A stretch of DNA of 64,000 nt, from the NCBI GenBank assembly GCA_963677595.1, contig OY782041.1, positions 1,728,001-1,792,000 of the forward strand, read 5' to 3'. Numbering within the stretch: the stretch's first letter is position 1; every line of letters begins with the position of its first letter. The position numbers and the translations under genes are program-made. The stretch is from Spirochaetia bacterium (lineage in GTDB: Bacteria; Spirochaetota; Spirochaetia; CAKZLE01). The notes beneath the pieces are model-generated. The model did not search any database, had not been told where the DNA came from, and was given only the letters and a program-made list of their open reading frames with translations. This document shows positions 19,551 to 29,096 of the stretch, in pieces.

Positions 19551-19814
19551 ATGGCAGTAAAAGTAGTGATGCCCAAACTGGGCTTGACCATGGAAGAGGG
19601 GACCATCATCGAGTGGGCCAAGGAAGAGGGCGACAGCGTCGAGAAGGGAGAAGTGCTCTTCTCCGTCGAGACCGAGAAGATCACCAATGACGTCGAGGCT
19701 ATGGCCAGCGGGACCCTGCTGAAGATCCTGGTCCCGGATGATGAGACTGTGGATGTTCTGACGACCGTGGCTATCATCGGCGAAGAGGGTGAAGACTATT
19801 CAGGTCTTCTCTAG
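19551..19814 (+). CDS. Stand-alone lipoyl-domain protein
   Basis: MPKLGLTMEEG...VETEKITNDV; own RBS and stop codon. Confidence 0.9.
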   Translation: MAVKVVMPKLGLTMEEGTIIEWAKEEGDSVEKGEVLFSVETEKITNDVEAMASGTLLKILVPDDETVDVLTTVAIIGEEGEDYSGLL

Positions 19815-19831
19815 GAAACGGGGAGGAAGAC

Positions 19832-20506
19832 GTGTCTCGAACGTACAAAGCCAGAGGAATACGGAAGATAGTTGCCGAGCGAATGGTTGAGAGCTGGCAT
19901 ACTTCCCCTGCAGTGCAGTATATAGCGAGCTGTGACATGAGCGCGATCGCCCCTTTCAGGGCGAAGCTGCTCGAACAACTCGGGCGGAAGGTCTCCGTGA
20001 ACGTGATCTTCGCCAAGGCTGTCGCGAAAGCGCTGAAGGAGTATCCGAGCCTGAACGGGAGCTATAACGACGGCGAGATAACGCTGTTTGACGAAGTGCA
20101 TGTAGGGTTCGCCGTGGGACTCAAGGAGGGGGTCATGGTCCCGGTCTGCCGGAACACAGACCAGAGATCCTTCCTCGAGACGGCAGAGGAACTGGATCGT
20201 CTGTTCGCGGGAGCGCGGAACATGACGTTGAGCCTGGATGATATCAAGGGGAGCACGTTCACCATCACCAATGTGGGACTGAACCCTGACATAGAAGTCC
20301 ATACGCCCATCATCAACCAGCCGGAAGTGGCGATCCTCGGGGTCTATGCCCCGGTGGACACCCCGGTGGTGCGGGATGGGGAGATCGTGATCAGGCCGAT
20401 GATGAAGCTCTCATTGGTCGCCGATCACCGGCTTGTCGACGGACTGCCCGCCGGCGAGTTCATCAGCAGGCTGAAAGCCCTGCTCGAGGACCCGGAGCTT
20501 ATATAG
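19832..20506 (+). CDS. Dihydrolipoamide acyltransferase catalytic domain (E2 core only)
   Basis: GGGAGG RBS and GTG start; TFTITN, PIINQPEVAILG, DHRLVDG. Confidence 0.9.
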   Translation: MSRTYKARGIRKIVAERMVESWHTSPAVQYIASCDMSAIAPFRAKLLEQLGRKVSVNVIFAKAVAKALKEYPSLNGSYNDGEITLFDEVHVGFAVGLKEGVMVPVCRNTDQRSFLETAEELDRLFAGARNMTLSLDDIKGSTFTITNVGLNPDIEVHTPIINQPEVAILGVYAPVDTPVVRDGEIVIRPMMKLSLVADHRLVDGLPAGEFISRLKALLEDPELI

Positions 20507-20574
20507 GTTTCAACAGGGCGGTTGCCGCCCTGAAACATACAAACAATACCATAATGAATAAGGAAGGTAATGAC

Positions 20575-20976
20575 ATGGCAGTAGATTATTTAAGTGATGA
20601 ATGGCTGGCTCAGATGCAGGAAGGCCTCAAGAAAGAGTTCGCTGATAAAGGGCGAGTGACTGTGACGTTCGCACAGGGTGTCGAAGGCATCCCCGGAAAG
20701 GAAGACTGGTACCTGCTCATGACCCTGAAAGATTCCCAGTATGTCGATTACTGCATGGGACCGATCGACGACCTCCCGGAAGAGACCCAGTTCAAGGTAT
20801 TCGGTGACTTCTCAGTATACAAGGGGATCATCGAAGGCAACATCGACGGCAGCAAGTGCCTCATGACCGGACAGCTCTCACTCGAGGGGAACATGGTCAA
20901 GGCAGTGGCCCTGATGGGAACCTACAACAGGCTCGAGTCTGTACAGCGATCCATCGAGACCAATTTTCCTGGTTAA
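20575..20976 (+). CDS. SCP2 sterol/lipid-carrier family protein
   Basis: YLSDEW start; IIEGNIDG...MTGQLSLEGNM C-terminal pattern. Confidence 0.7.
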   Translation: MAVDYLSDEWLAQMQEGLKKEFADKGRVTVTFAQGVEGIPGKEDWYLLMTLKDSQYVDYCMGPIDDLPEETQFKVFGDFSVYKGIIEGNIDGSKCLMTGQLSLEGNMVKAVALMGTYNRLESVQRSIETNFPG

Positions 20977-21042
20977 TACCTGACATCCCCCGGGAGAACG
21001 GCTTCTGGGGGATGAACTTTGTTCTCAAAAAAGGAGGAATGT

Positions 21043-22068
21043 ATGAGGGCACAACGGCTTAAGGGCCTGAAAGAGTTTGAGTTAGTTGAGATCGAGCAGC
21101 CTGTATCGGTAGACGGACAGGTCATCGTGAAGATAGAGACCTGCGGTATCTGCGGTACCGACCTCCATTACTGGAAGGAGTCCGAGTACGCAGCAGGCTG
21201 GATCATGGGACATGAGTGCGGCGGGTACGTCGTAGACCCGGGCGACAGGGAAGACCTGGCTGAGGGCGACAGGGTCGTCGTTATCCCGGGAAACCCCTGC
21301 GGGGAATGCTACTACTGCCTGGCAAACAAGCCGGCAAAGTGCCTGAACGTGACGGAGTTCGTCGGCGGCGGGATTGACGGTGCTTATGCCGAGTACCTGG
21401 CAATGCGGTCTGACATGATCCTGCCCCTGCCGGATGAGATCTCCTTCGACGAGGCAGCCATGGTAGAACCGGGTGCGGTAGCAAACCATGTCTCCAAGAT
21501 GGCAAAAGTGAAAGAAGGCGAGCAGATCCTCATCGCGGGCTGCGGCATCATTGGACTGCTCACGGCAGTCATGTGCCGGAACAGGGGTGCTTCAGAGATC
21601 GTCATGACCGACGTGAACCAGTACCGGCTTGACACCGCCCTGAAGATGGGCATCGCCGACAAGGTACTCAATGCGACCGACAGCGACTACGTGGAGAAGG
21701 CGAACGCCATGACCGAGATGAACCTCGGCTTCTGGAAGTACATCGACTGTGTCGGGAATGCACGGGCGCTGAAGACGAACATCGGGGTCGTCCGGGCAGA
21801 GGGCGAGATCATCATGGCAGGCTTCCCTACCGTCGACATCCCGGTAGATATCATGAACTTCGACAAGAAGGAGCTCTCCATGCAGGGGATCTTCGGCTAC
21901 GAGGTACAGGACATCATCGAGGTGATCGGTATGCTCGCTACCAAGCAGGTAGACATGGCACAGTTCATCACCGACCATATCAAGCTTGATGGGCTGCAGG
22001 AGGCGTACGAACGACTCACCAGCAGCGACAACAAGGATATCAAGATCATCGTGAATCCACAGCTATAG
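21043..22068 (+). CDS. Zn-dependent alcohol/butanediol-type dehydrogenase
   Basis: CGICGTDLH, GHE, CGECYYC...C, GCGIIG. Confidence 0.9.
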   Translation: MRAQRLKGLKEFELVEIEQPVSVDGQVIVKIETCGICGTDLHYWKESEYAAGWIMGHECGGYVVDPGDREDLAEGDRVVVIPGNPCGECYYCLANKPAKCLNVTEFVGGGIDGAYAEYLAMRSDMILPLPDEISFDEAAMVEPGAVANHVSKMAKVKEGEQILIAGCGIIGLLTAVMCRNRGASEIVMTDVNQYRLDTALKMGIADKVLNATDSDYVEKANAMTEMNLGFWKYIDCVGNARALKTNIGVVRAEGEIIMAGFPTVDIPVDIMNFDKKELSMQGIFGYEVQDIIEVIGMLATKQVDMAQFITDHIKLDGLQEAYERLTSSDNKDIKIIVNPQL

Positions 22069-22139
22069 GCTATATATAACCGAATTGCCGGCAGCCACGC
22101 CGTTGGCTGGCTGCCGGAACACTTATTACCGGAGAGGAT

Positions 22140-23939
22140 ATGAGTATGAGAACCTCGTATACAGGAAAGATACTGAGAGTGAACCTGACGGAGGCCAAGA
22201 CCTCTGTCGAGGACCTGAACATGGAATATGCCAGGCAGTACATCGGGGGGCGGGGACTCGGTTCCCGGATGCTCCTCGATGAGATCGACCCCATGGTCGA
22301 TCCGCTGTCTGTAGAGAATAAACTGATCTTCATCACCGGCCCATTGACCGGGGTGAGGATCTCGACGGGGAACCGCTTCATGGTGGTGACCAAGTCCCCC
22401 CTGAACAATTGCATCGCCTCCTCGAACAGCGGCGGTGTCTGGGGGGCGAAGCTGAAGTTCGTCGGCTATGACGCGATCATCGTCGAGGGAAGTTCCGAGA
22501 CACCAGTCTACCTGGACATCACGCCTGAGAGCGTGGAGATCAGGGATGCATCGGCCCTCTGGGGCAAGGATACCCTCGATGTGGAGGAGACCCTGAAGGA
22601 GGGGAACAAGGATACCTCGGTGTTGAACATCAGCCCCGCAGGCGAGACGCTCTCGCTCATGGCCGCCATCATGAACGATGGGGACCGGGCAGCTGCACGG
22701 ACCGGGGTCGGTGCGGTCATGGGGTCGAAGAAGCTCAAGGCGATCAGGCTCACGGTGAAGAACTCGGCAGTCGACACGGCTGACGAGGAGTTCTCCGCGA
22801 CCACGAAGGAGATCGCCGGGCAGATGAAGATGAACATGCTGACCGGTGTGGCCCTCCCGGCCTACGGGACCGCAGTCAACGTCGGCGTGCTCAACGATGT
22901 GGGGGGCTTCCCCCACAAGAACTGGCAGGAAGGCTACTTCGAGAAGTACGAGAACACCTCCGGGGAGACCCTCCAGGAGCAGCATCTCGTGAAGAACGCC
23001 TTCTGCTACCGGTGCTCGATCGGGTGCACGAGGGTCGTCGACCTGGACGGGCACCACATCGCAGGTCCTGAGTACGAGACCCTCTGGGGTTTCGGCGGAA
23101 ATGCCGACAACGACAACATGGAGTCCATCTTCCGGGCGAACCATATGTGCAACGAGTACGGCCTCGATACCATCTCCACCTCCAGCACCATCGCCTGCGG
23201 CATGGAGCTCTATGAGCGGGGCATGATCAGTGAGTCCGACTGCGAAGGCTACCCCCTCGAGTTCGGCAACTGGCAGAACATGCTGAAATGGGTCGAGCGG
23301 ATCGGCAAGGGTGAGACTCAGCTCGGGAAGCTGATGGCTAAGGGGTCATATGCCCTGGCTGAGGCTTACGGGGATGCAGGCTATTCCATGTCGGTGAAGA
23401 AGCTCGAGATGCCGGCCTACGACCCCCGTGCGCTGCAGGGGATGGGGCTCAACTATGCCACCTCCAACCGGGGCGGCTGCCACGTCCGTGGCAACACGGT
23501 CGTGTCTGAGGTCATGGGGATCCCTGACCCCTACGACAGGCTGGGGACCGAGGACAAGGCAGAACTGGTCGTGCACCTCCAGGACATGAGCGCGCTCATC
23601 GACTCCCTGGGGATGTGCCTGTTCACGAGCTTCTCCATCTCCGATGAGCAGTACTGCATGCTCTACAACAAGGCGACCGGGTTCGACCTCTCCCTGGAGG
23701 AGTTCCACCAGGCCGCGAGGAGGATCTACTCCTTCGAGCGCTATTTCAACAAACTTGCGGGGATGGACCCTGCAGATGACACGCTGCCGAAGCGACTGCT
23801 CACTGAACCGTTGACCAACGAGTTCTCCGAAGGGTCAGTCAACAGGCTGCATGAGATGCTCCCACGGTATTATGAGCTGCGCGGTTGGGAATCGGGGTTC
23901 CCGACCGACGAGACTCTGACACAGCTCTCGATACCATGA
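22140..23939 (+). CDS. aor: Aldehyde:ferredoxin oxidoreductase (W/Mo-pterin)
   Basis: GKILRVNL, KSPL, GAVMGSKKLKA, CYRCSIGC, GPEYET, YDPR, RGGCH, DSLGMC. Confidence 0.93.
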   Translation: MSMRTSYTGKILRVNLTEAKTSVEDLNMEYARQYIGGRGLGSRMLLDEIDPMVDPLSVENKLIFITGPLTGVRISTGNRFMVVTKSPLNNCIASSNSGGVWGAKLKFVGYDAIIVEGSSETPVYLDITPESVEIRDASALWGKDTLDVEETLKEGNKDTSVLNISPAGETLSLMAAIMNDGDRAAARTGVGAVMGSKKLKAIRLTVKNSAVDTADEEFSATTKEIAGQMKMNMLTGVALPAYGTAVNVGVLNDVGGFPHKNWQEGYFEKYENTSGETLQEQHLVKNAFCYRCSIGCTRVVDLDGHHIAGPEYETLWGFGGNADNDNMESIFRANHMCNEYGLDTISTSSTIACGMELYERGMISESDCEGYPLEFGNWQNMLKWVERIGKGETQLGKLMAKGSYALAEAYGDAGYSMSVKKLEMPAYDPRALQGMGLNYATSNRGGCHVRGNTVVSEVMGIPDPYDRLGTEDKAELVVHLQDMSALIDSLGMCLFTSFSISDEQYCMLYNKATGFDLSLEEFHQAARRIYSFERYFNKLAGMDPADDTLPKRLLTEPLTNEFSEGSVNRLHEMLPRYYELRGWESGFPTDETLTQLSIP

Positions 23940-24157
23940 TAACGATACGGCTCTATTCGCTGCTGCGGAAGGGCAGGGGTAAAGAGGTTTCCCTGCCCTT
24001 CCAGGAGGGCCTGACGGTACGTGACGTACTTGATGCCCTCGAGATCATGGATGCGGAGGTAGGGGTGGTCCTCCACAAGGGGACCCGCCTCGAGTACCAC
24101 AGGCTGCTCTCCCGGAATGACACCATCTCCGTCTTCCCGCTGGGCATCGGCGGTTGA
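23936..24157 (+). CDS. MoaD/ThiS family sulfur carrier
   Basis: Ubiquitin-like size, ends FPLGIGG, ATGA-coupled to aor. Confidence 0.85.
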   Translation: MITIRLYSLLRKGRGKEVSLPFQEGLTVRDVLDALEIMDAEVGVVLHKGTRLEYHRLLSRNDTISVFPLGIGG

Positions 24158-24226
24158 GCCAACTTTGCTGGAAAAAAGATTTCTAGAATACTCACTGATC
24201 ACCCGAACAAAAAGAGGAGGAAACGG

Positions 24227-25012
24227 ATGGATAAGAAGACTGTATGGATCTCAGGTGCGGCTAACGGCATCGGCAGGGCTACGGCCAGGCTGTTCTCGAA
24301 GAAGGGCTACTACGTAGGCCTGGCTGATATAAACGAGGCGGGGCTGCAGCAGCTGCAGAAGGAGCTGGGAGTCAAGAATTCCCATTACATGGTCTGCGAC
24401 GTATCGGACTCGGCGAGTGTCGAGGCTGCCTTCGCATCATTCGCCGAGAAGACCGGCGGGAAGCTGGACCTGCTCATCGAGAATGCCGGGATCCTGGCGG
24501 TGAGCTACTTCGAGGAGACACCGATCGAGAAGTACCGGAAGATGATAGATGTCAATGCCTTCGGCTATGTGAACCAGGCATACTATGCGCTCCCCTACCT
24601 GAAGAAGGCCAAGAACGCCCATGTCATCCTCATCTCCTCATCAGCGAGCATCTGGGGGATACCGTTCTATTCCGTCTATGCCGGCACGAAGGCCTTCGTG
24701 AAGAGCCTGACTGAGTCGCTCAGGACCGAGTTCAGCCGGTTCGGCATCACCGTGAACAGCGTGCTGCCCCATATGGTCAAGACCGCGATGGAAGAGACCC
24801 AGATCCAGGGCGGCGCCGCCCCGGACCAGTTCAAGATCACCCCGGAGATGACCGCAAAGGTCATCTGGAAAGCCGCCAACAAGCCGGTCAAGCTCCATTG
24901 GGTCATGGGTGAGAACATCGGGCTGTTCTTCTTCCTCAAGCGGATCAAGTCAGACCTCGGCATGATGAAGCTGGTGAAGAAGGTCCTCTACGACCCGTTC
25001 GTGAAGGCCTGA
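24227..25012 (+). CDS. Short-chain dehydrogenase/reductase
   Basis: SGAANGIG, NAG, YAGTK (YxxxK). Confidence 0.9.
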   Translation: MDKKTVWISGAANGIGRATARLFSKKGYYVGLADINEAGLQQLQKELGVKNSHYMVCDVSDSASVEAAFASFAEKTGGKLDLLIENAGILAVSYFEETPIEKYRKMIDVNAFGYVNQAYYALPYLKKAKNAHVILISSSASIWGIPFYSVYAGTKAFVKSLTESLRTEFSRFGITVNSVLPHMVKTAMEETQIQGGAAPDQFKITPEMTAKVIWKAANKPVKLHWVMGENIGLFFFLKRIKSDLGMMKLVKKVLYDPFVKA

Positions 25013-25025
25013 CGGGATACAGAAG

Positions 25026-25049
25026 AGCCCGGCTGTCAAGCCGGGCTTT
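25026..25049 (+). terminator. Intrinsic terminator of the aco-aor operon
   Basis: AGCCCGGCT-gtca-AGCCGGGCT-TT. Confidence 0.7.
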
Positions 25050-25075
25050 CCCAGGACCACACACCTCATGCAATC
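25050..25075. repeat. 26-bp direct repeat A, copy 1
   Basis: CCCAGGACCACACACCTCATGCAATC, identical to 26755-26780. Confidence 0.9.
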
Positions 25076-25189
25076 TGTGTAAACTTAAAAATGAATTTTT
25101 CCTCCTTATAGCTCTTCCGGTAAACTCCAAGGAGTCGATGGAAGACCCTGCCGGGTTGTGGCTCTGACGTGATCTGATCAGTAAAAACC

Positions 25190-25241
25190 AACAGTACGCA
25201 AAGTAATATTTTCCAAAACCCCCTATAGTGCGCAGAGTAAT
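25190..25241. repeat. 52-bp direct repeat B, copy 1
   Basis: AACAGTACGCAAAGTAATATTTTCCAAAACCCCCTATAGTGCGCAGAGTAAT; one mismatch to 26663-26714. Confidence 0.9.
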
Positions 25242-25247
25242 AGCGAC

Positions 25248-26627
25248 TCAGAAGAGAGAATCCTCTTCAAACAGGCAGAAGAACATATAGGATGGAATCT
25301 TATAGCCCTCTTCTGAAATCTGGAATGTTTTAGGATGCACGATGTATGAGTTTCCTATTTTCCTTCCGAATTTAGCTTTGAAGGCAGAGTATGAGAGTGT
25401 TGTATAGTTTTTTGAAGATTTTACTTCTATGGGGCACAGCTTTATTGTCGTTTTACTCTCATTAGATACGAGGAAATCGACTTCGATGTCATTGCGATGT
25501 TTCTCATGAGAATAGTGGGTGTAAAAATAGAGTTTCTTTCCCTTGACGATGAGCATCTGCGCTATGGCATTCTCATGGATCATCCCTTCATTCAAGGACA
25601 GCTTGCCATCCATGATTTGTTTGTAGAGATTCATAGATGAAATCTCGTTTTCAGAAAATGCCAAGCTTACCAAGAGGCCAGTATCACCCATGTAACATTT
25701 TACCGATGAGGCATCCTTATGCAGGGACAGCCCTACGCTTGGGTCAGTACATTTGTAACAGAGGTTGCAGATCATGGAGTCCTCGAGCCAGAAGAGCGGG
25801 TCGTTATATTGATAAAATGTTTTATTATCATCTATCTTGCTTAACACAACCTTCTTCTCATGAGTGGAAAGATACCCTGGTATGTTCTCGAACAAGGCAG
25901 ATACCTTGGATTTGTATTTCCTTGCTGCTTTCTTGATATCATCACGGTAAAGGGAGAGAATTTGGCGTTTCGCCTCATCAGCCTTGTAGAAGTCTTTGTT
26001 GTTATCAAGATAAGCGACGACACTCTGGGGCATGCCGCCAACGAGCAGGTATTCACGAAACAGCCTCGCTGCCTTTTTATGGAAGGTTATCTCCAGTGGG
26101 GTTTTCTTGTGGTAACATTCTTTGATGTATCCCAATAGCACTTCTTCCTTTGCCGCTGTCAGGAACTCCTCAAAATCCAAAGGATACATTTTCAACTTCA
26201 TCTCTTCAGAAGGAATGATGATATGTTCCACATTCTCCTTAATCGAGATCAAGGAACCTGTTTCCAGAAAGTCGTACCGTCCATCATCAACCAAATACTT
26301 TATTGCTTCCCTAGCCTTTGGGAACTTTTGGATTTCATCAAAGATGATCAGGCTCTTTCGCCTGAAGAGCTGGACATTATATTCGAGCGAGATGATTTGG
26401 AAGAATGTATCGAGCTTGTGCAGGTTCTCATTGAAATTGTTGAGGATATTCTTTGGCGCAATTGCAAAGTCTATCAAGATGTATGAGTCATATTGTTCTT
26501 CCCCGAATTTCTTTGCAATCGTAGATTTTCCGGTTCTACGGGCTCCTTCAATAAGAAGAGCAGTCCTCCCGTCGGATTCCTGCTTCCATGCGAGAAGCCT
26601 GTCATACATTTTTCTTTTGATTTCCAT
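25248..26627 (-). CDS. AAA+ ATPase, AAA_14/DUF4143 type, with C-terminal PD-(D/E)XK-like domain
   Basis: GARRTGKS, IIFDEIQ, ETGS, MYPLDFEEF, GGMP, K.YMGDTGL, EVDF...PIEVKS. Confidence 0.9.
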   Translation of the reverse strand: MEIKRKMYDRLLAWKQESDGRTALLIEGARRTGKSTIAKKFGEEQYDSYILIDFAIAPKNILNNFNENLHKLDTFFQIISLEYNVQLFRRKSLIIFDEIQKFPKAREAIKYLVDDGRYDFLETGSLISIKENVEHIIIPSEEMKLKMYPLDFEEFLTAAKEEVLLGYIKECYHKKTPLEITFHKKAARLFREYLLVGGMPQSVVAYLDNNKDFYKADEAKRQILSLYRDDIKKAARKYKSKVSALFENIPGYLSTHEKKVVLSKIDDNKTFYQYNDPLFWLEDSMICNLCYKCTDPSVGLSLHKDASSVKCYMGDTGLLVSLAFSENEISSMNLYKQIMDGKLSLNEGMIHENAIAQMLIVKGKKLYFYTHYSHEKHRNDIEVDFLVSNESKTTIKLCPIEVKSSKNYTTLSYSAFKAKFGRKIGNSYIVHPKTFQISEEGYKIPSYMFFCLFEEDSLF

Positions 26628-26662
26628 TGGATCATCCTCTGTTTCAACTATACCAGCATTTT

Positions 26663-26714
26663 AACAGTACGCAAAGTAATATTTACCAAAACCCCCTATA
26701 GTGCGCAGAGTAAT
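26663..26714. repeat. 52-bp direct repeat B, copy 2 (overlaps the putative -35 of the AAA gene)
   Basis: Matches 25190-25241 at 51/52 positions. Confidence 0.9.
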
Positions 26715-26754
26715 GAAAGTGCTTCTTCGCGTATTCAGATGAGAGCACATCTCC

Positions 26755-26780
26755 CCCAGGACCACACACCTCATGCAATC
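26755..26780. repeat. 26-bp direct repeat A, copy 2
   Basis: Identical to 25050-25075. Confidence 0.9.
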
Positions 26781-26853
26781 CTTGATTTTTCATAGGTAAT
26801 CGCTTACTCTGTACCAATAAGGAAATACATCCTAACAACTCATGGAGGTCCAA

Positions 26854-28020
26854 ATGAAGTGGTATATCCCTCTTCTTTGTGTTGTTTTACTTGTACTTAT
26901 GGGGTGCAGTGATTTCATCATCCCTTATGCTGAGTATACCTATGAACCCTATGACGGCTCGCTTGCATTCGACTGCCTCACTGAGTCCGCCCAATGGTCC
27001 CCGAGGTGGGACCATGCCTCCGCGGTCTTTGATGGGTACCTCTGGGTCTTCGGCGGATATGATACGACAGCCCGCGGGGAGGAGGACTCCTACCGGGAGG
27101 ATATCTGGCGGAGTTCGGACGGGGTGAGCTGGGAACTGGTGGAAGATGATGCCCCCTGGAAGGGAAGGCGGGGCCATGCCGTGGCGCTCATGGGAGATAC
27201 GCTCTATCTCAACGGCGGCTTCACCGTGGACCAGGAGACCGGCATCAGGAGCTATGCGAACGATGTCTGGAAGTCATCGGACGGGGTGAGCTGGGAATGT
27301 GTCACTGCGGATGCCCCGTGGGGAGTGAGGATGAACCACGGGATGGTCGCGGCCAACGATGGGACTGATGACCGGCTGTACCTCTTCGGGGGCTTCTATG
27401 ACGGGATGTACTACCGCTCCGATATGTGGGAATCCCTTGACGGCGAGACCTGGGACGAGGTCTCCCTGCCGGAAGGTGCATACGGTGCCTTCCCCGGTGC
27501 TCGGGCTGCCTTTGCCTACTGCACAGGCGATAACGGGAAGATCTATATGCAGGGAGGGTCCTTCTACGGGGCTGCCTCATCGAGTACCGGCCATGTGGAC
27601 ACAGGGGCAGTCCCGTACCTGCCAAACGCGATGAACTGGTCATCTTTCTGGTGGTTCGACCCGGAAGACCCTGCATCAGGCTGGCAGTATGATAAATGGG
27701 GGGTCCTGCCCACAGGGGAGGGAAACACCCGGTCCGAACAGGTAGTTATCCCGTTCAGGGGAGACCTCTGGATGTTCGCCGGGAAGAGCAACAGCGGCTG
27801 GCAGTTCTCGCAGAGTGAGAAGTCCTACCTGACCATGAACTACCATTATGAGGATATTTCATATGACAAGCCCGTTATAGAGACTGATTCCCTCGGGTCC
27901 CCATTCGACCCGAGGTATGGGTATACGGCGGAGATCCTGGACGGCGACCTCTATATACTCGGGGGCTTCTCGAACGACGGGCCACTGCATGATGTCTGGC
28001 GCTGTGAAGGGGAGGAGTAA
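26854..28020 (+). CDS. Kelch-repeat lipoprotein
   Basis: Lipobox LMGC; repeated R..H....F...L(W/Y)(V/L)FGG...D(I/V)W.S.DG..W units. Confidence 0.85.
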   Translation: MKWYIPLLCVVLLVLMGCSDFIIPYAEYTYEPYDGSLAFDCLTESAQWSPRWDHASAVFDGYLWVFGGYDTTARGEEDSYREDIWRSSDGVSWELVEDDAPWKGRRGHAVALMGDTLYLNGGFTVDQETGIRSYANDVWKSSDGVSWECVTADAPWGVRMNHGMVAANDGTDDRLYLFGGFYDGMYYRSDMWESLDGETWDEVSLPEGAYGAFPGARAAFAYCTGDNGKIYMQGGSFYGAASSSTGHVDTGAVPYLPNAMNWSSFWWFDPEDPASGWQYDKWGVLPTGEGNTRSEQVVIPFRGDLWMFAGKSNSGWQFSQSEKSYLTMNYHYEDISYDKPVIETDSLGSPFDPRYGYTAEILDGDLYILGGFSNDGPLHDVWRCEGEE

Positions 28021-28998
28021 ATGAGACGAAACCTCCTGCTGTTCCTGCTGCTTCTCATGATGGCTCCCCTCGGTGCCGCCTCGAACGAGATGTTCCCTAT
28101 CGGGGATCTGGGCATCGGGTTCACCGGGCTCCCGGATGAGTTCCTCTACCCCTCCTACCTGGCTGACCCGATCGGGACGAAGACGCTCATCAGCCTGCGG
28201 AACTACGCGATCGATGAAGTCCACCCCAGGGAGGACGGGACGAGTACCCACTATGACGTGACGGTGGGAACTCGGTACAATTTCCTTCGCCTCTCACCGG
28301 AGGACCATCCCGAACTTGGCATTGAGATGGACTGGGGCATGGCCTTGACGAGTTTCATGGATACCGATGCGAATGATTTCCTCGGGGTGGACGGGATCTA
28401 CTACTTCGCCCTGGCGATCCGCCCCTCGATGCTGGCTGCGTTCAGGGTCTCTAGGCACCATATCTGTTCGCACAACGGGGACCAGGTCGATATAGACGAG
28501 GACGGCTCTGCGTTCGCCGACTTCGACCTGGCATCCCAGCTGAATGACGGGACCTTCGTTCGGGATGACTATATCATCTCAGCGGCGATCGAGCCGATCT
28601 ACCTCTTCAGTGACGGCTACCCTGTGACCGGGCAGGCCTTCCGTCTCTACGGGGATTTCAGCTTCTACCTCCCGGGGGCTGAGCCGGCCATCCTCGGCTG
28701 GAGGAAGAACAGGCCCTCGGATCATGCCTATATCTGGTACCAGTACGGGGCAGAACTCATACTCCCCATCCTGAAGGAGGACCTCGGGTCGATCGTCCTC
28801 GCAGGACAGGTGAGCCAGTGGCAGGAGACCGGGTATGCCCCGAACTACAGCCTGCAGGCAGGCTATATGTTCGCACGGGGGAAGTCCGCCCAGACGATGC
28901 GGTTCGTTGCCACCTATTATGACGGACAGTCCCTCATGAATAACTACCGTTATACCCGGGCAAAGTTCATGGGCGTCTCCTTCATCATCGATACCTGA
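28021..28998 (+). CDS. Secreted/outer-membrane protein, DUF1207-like
   Basis: Signal peptide; YLADP, DGIY, RHHICSHNGD, YYDGQS; alternating beta-strand pattern. Confidence 0.55.
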   Translation: MRRNLLLFLLLLMMAPLGAASNEMFPIGDLGIGFTGLPDEFLYPSYLADPIGTKTLISLRNYAIDEVHPREDGTSTHYDVTVGTRYNFLRLSPEDHPELGIEMDWGMALTSFMDTDANDFLGVDGIYYFALAIRPSMLAAFRVSRHHICSHNGDQVDIDEDGSAFADFDLASQLNDGTFVRDDYIISAAIEPIYLFSDGYPVTGQAFRLYGDFSFYLPGAEPAILGWRKNRPSDHAYIWYQYGAELILPILKEDLGSIVLAGQVSQWQETGYAPNYSLQAGYMFARGKSAQTMRFVATYYDGQSLMNNYRYTRAKFMGVSFIIDT

Positions 28999-29096
28999 TA
29001 AGGAAGGAGCTCCTGAGGCGTCCTTGACTGCAGGCAGGTATGTCTGGTACCGTTCTCCTGCAGGGGCAGATACAACCCCTGCAGGAGGGGCCTGCA

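Noticed and set aside
25190-26714. 52-bp and 26-bp repeats as a CRISPR array or integron attC sites
   Set aside because: Only two copies each, over 1.4 kb apart; no spacers, cas genes, attC-like hairpin or integrase.
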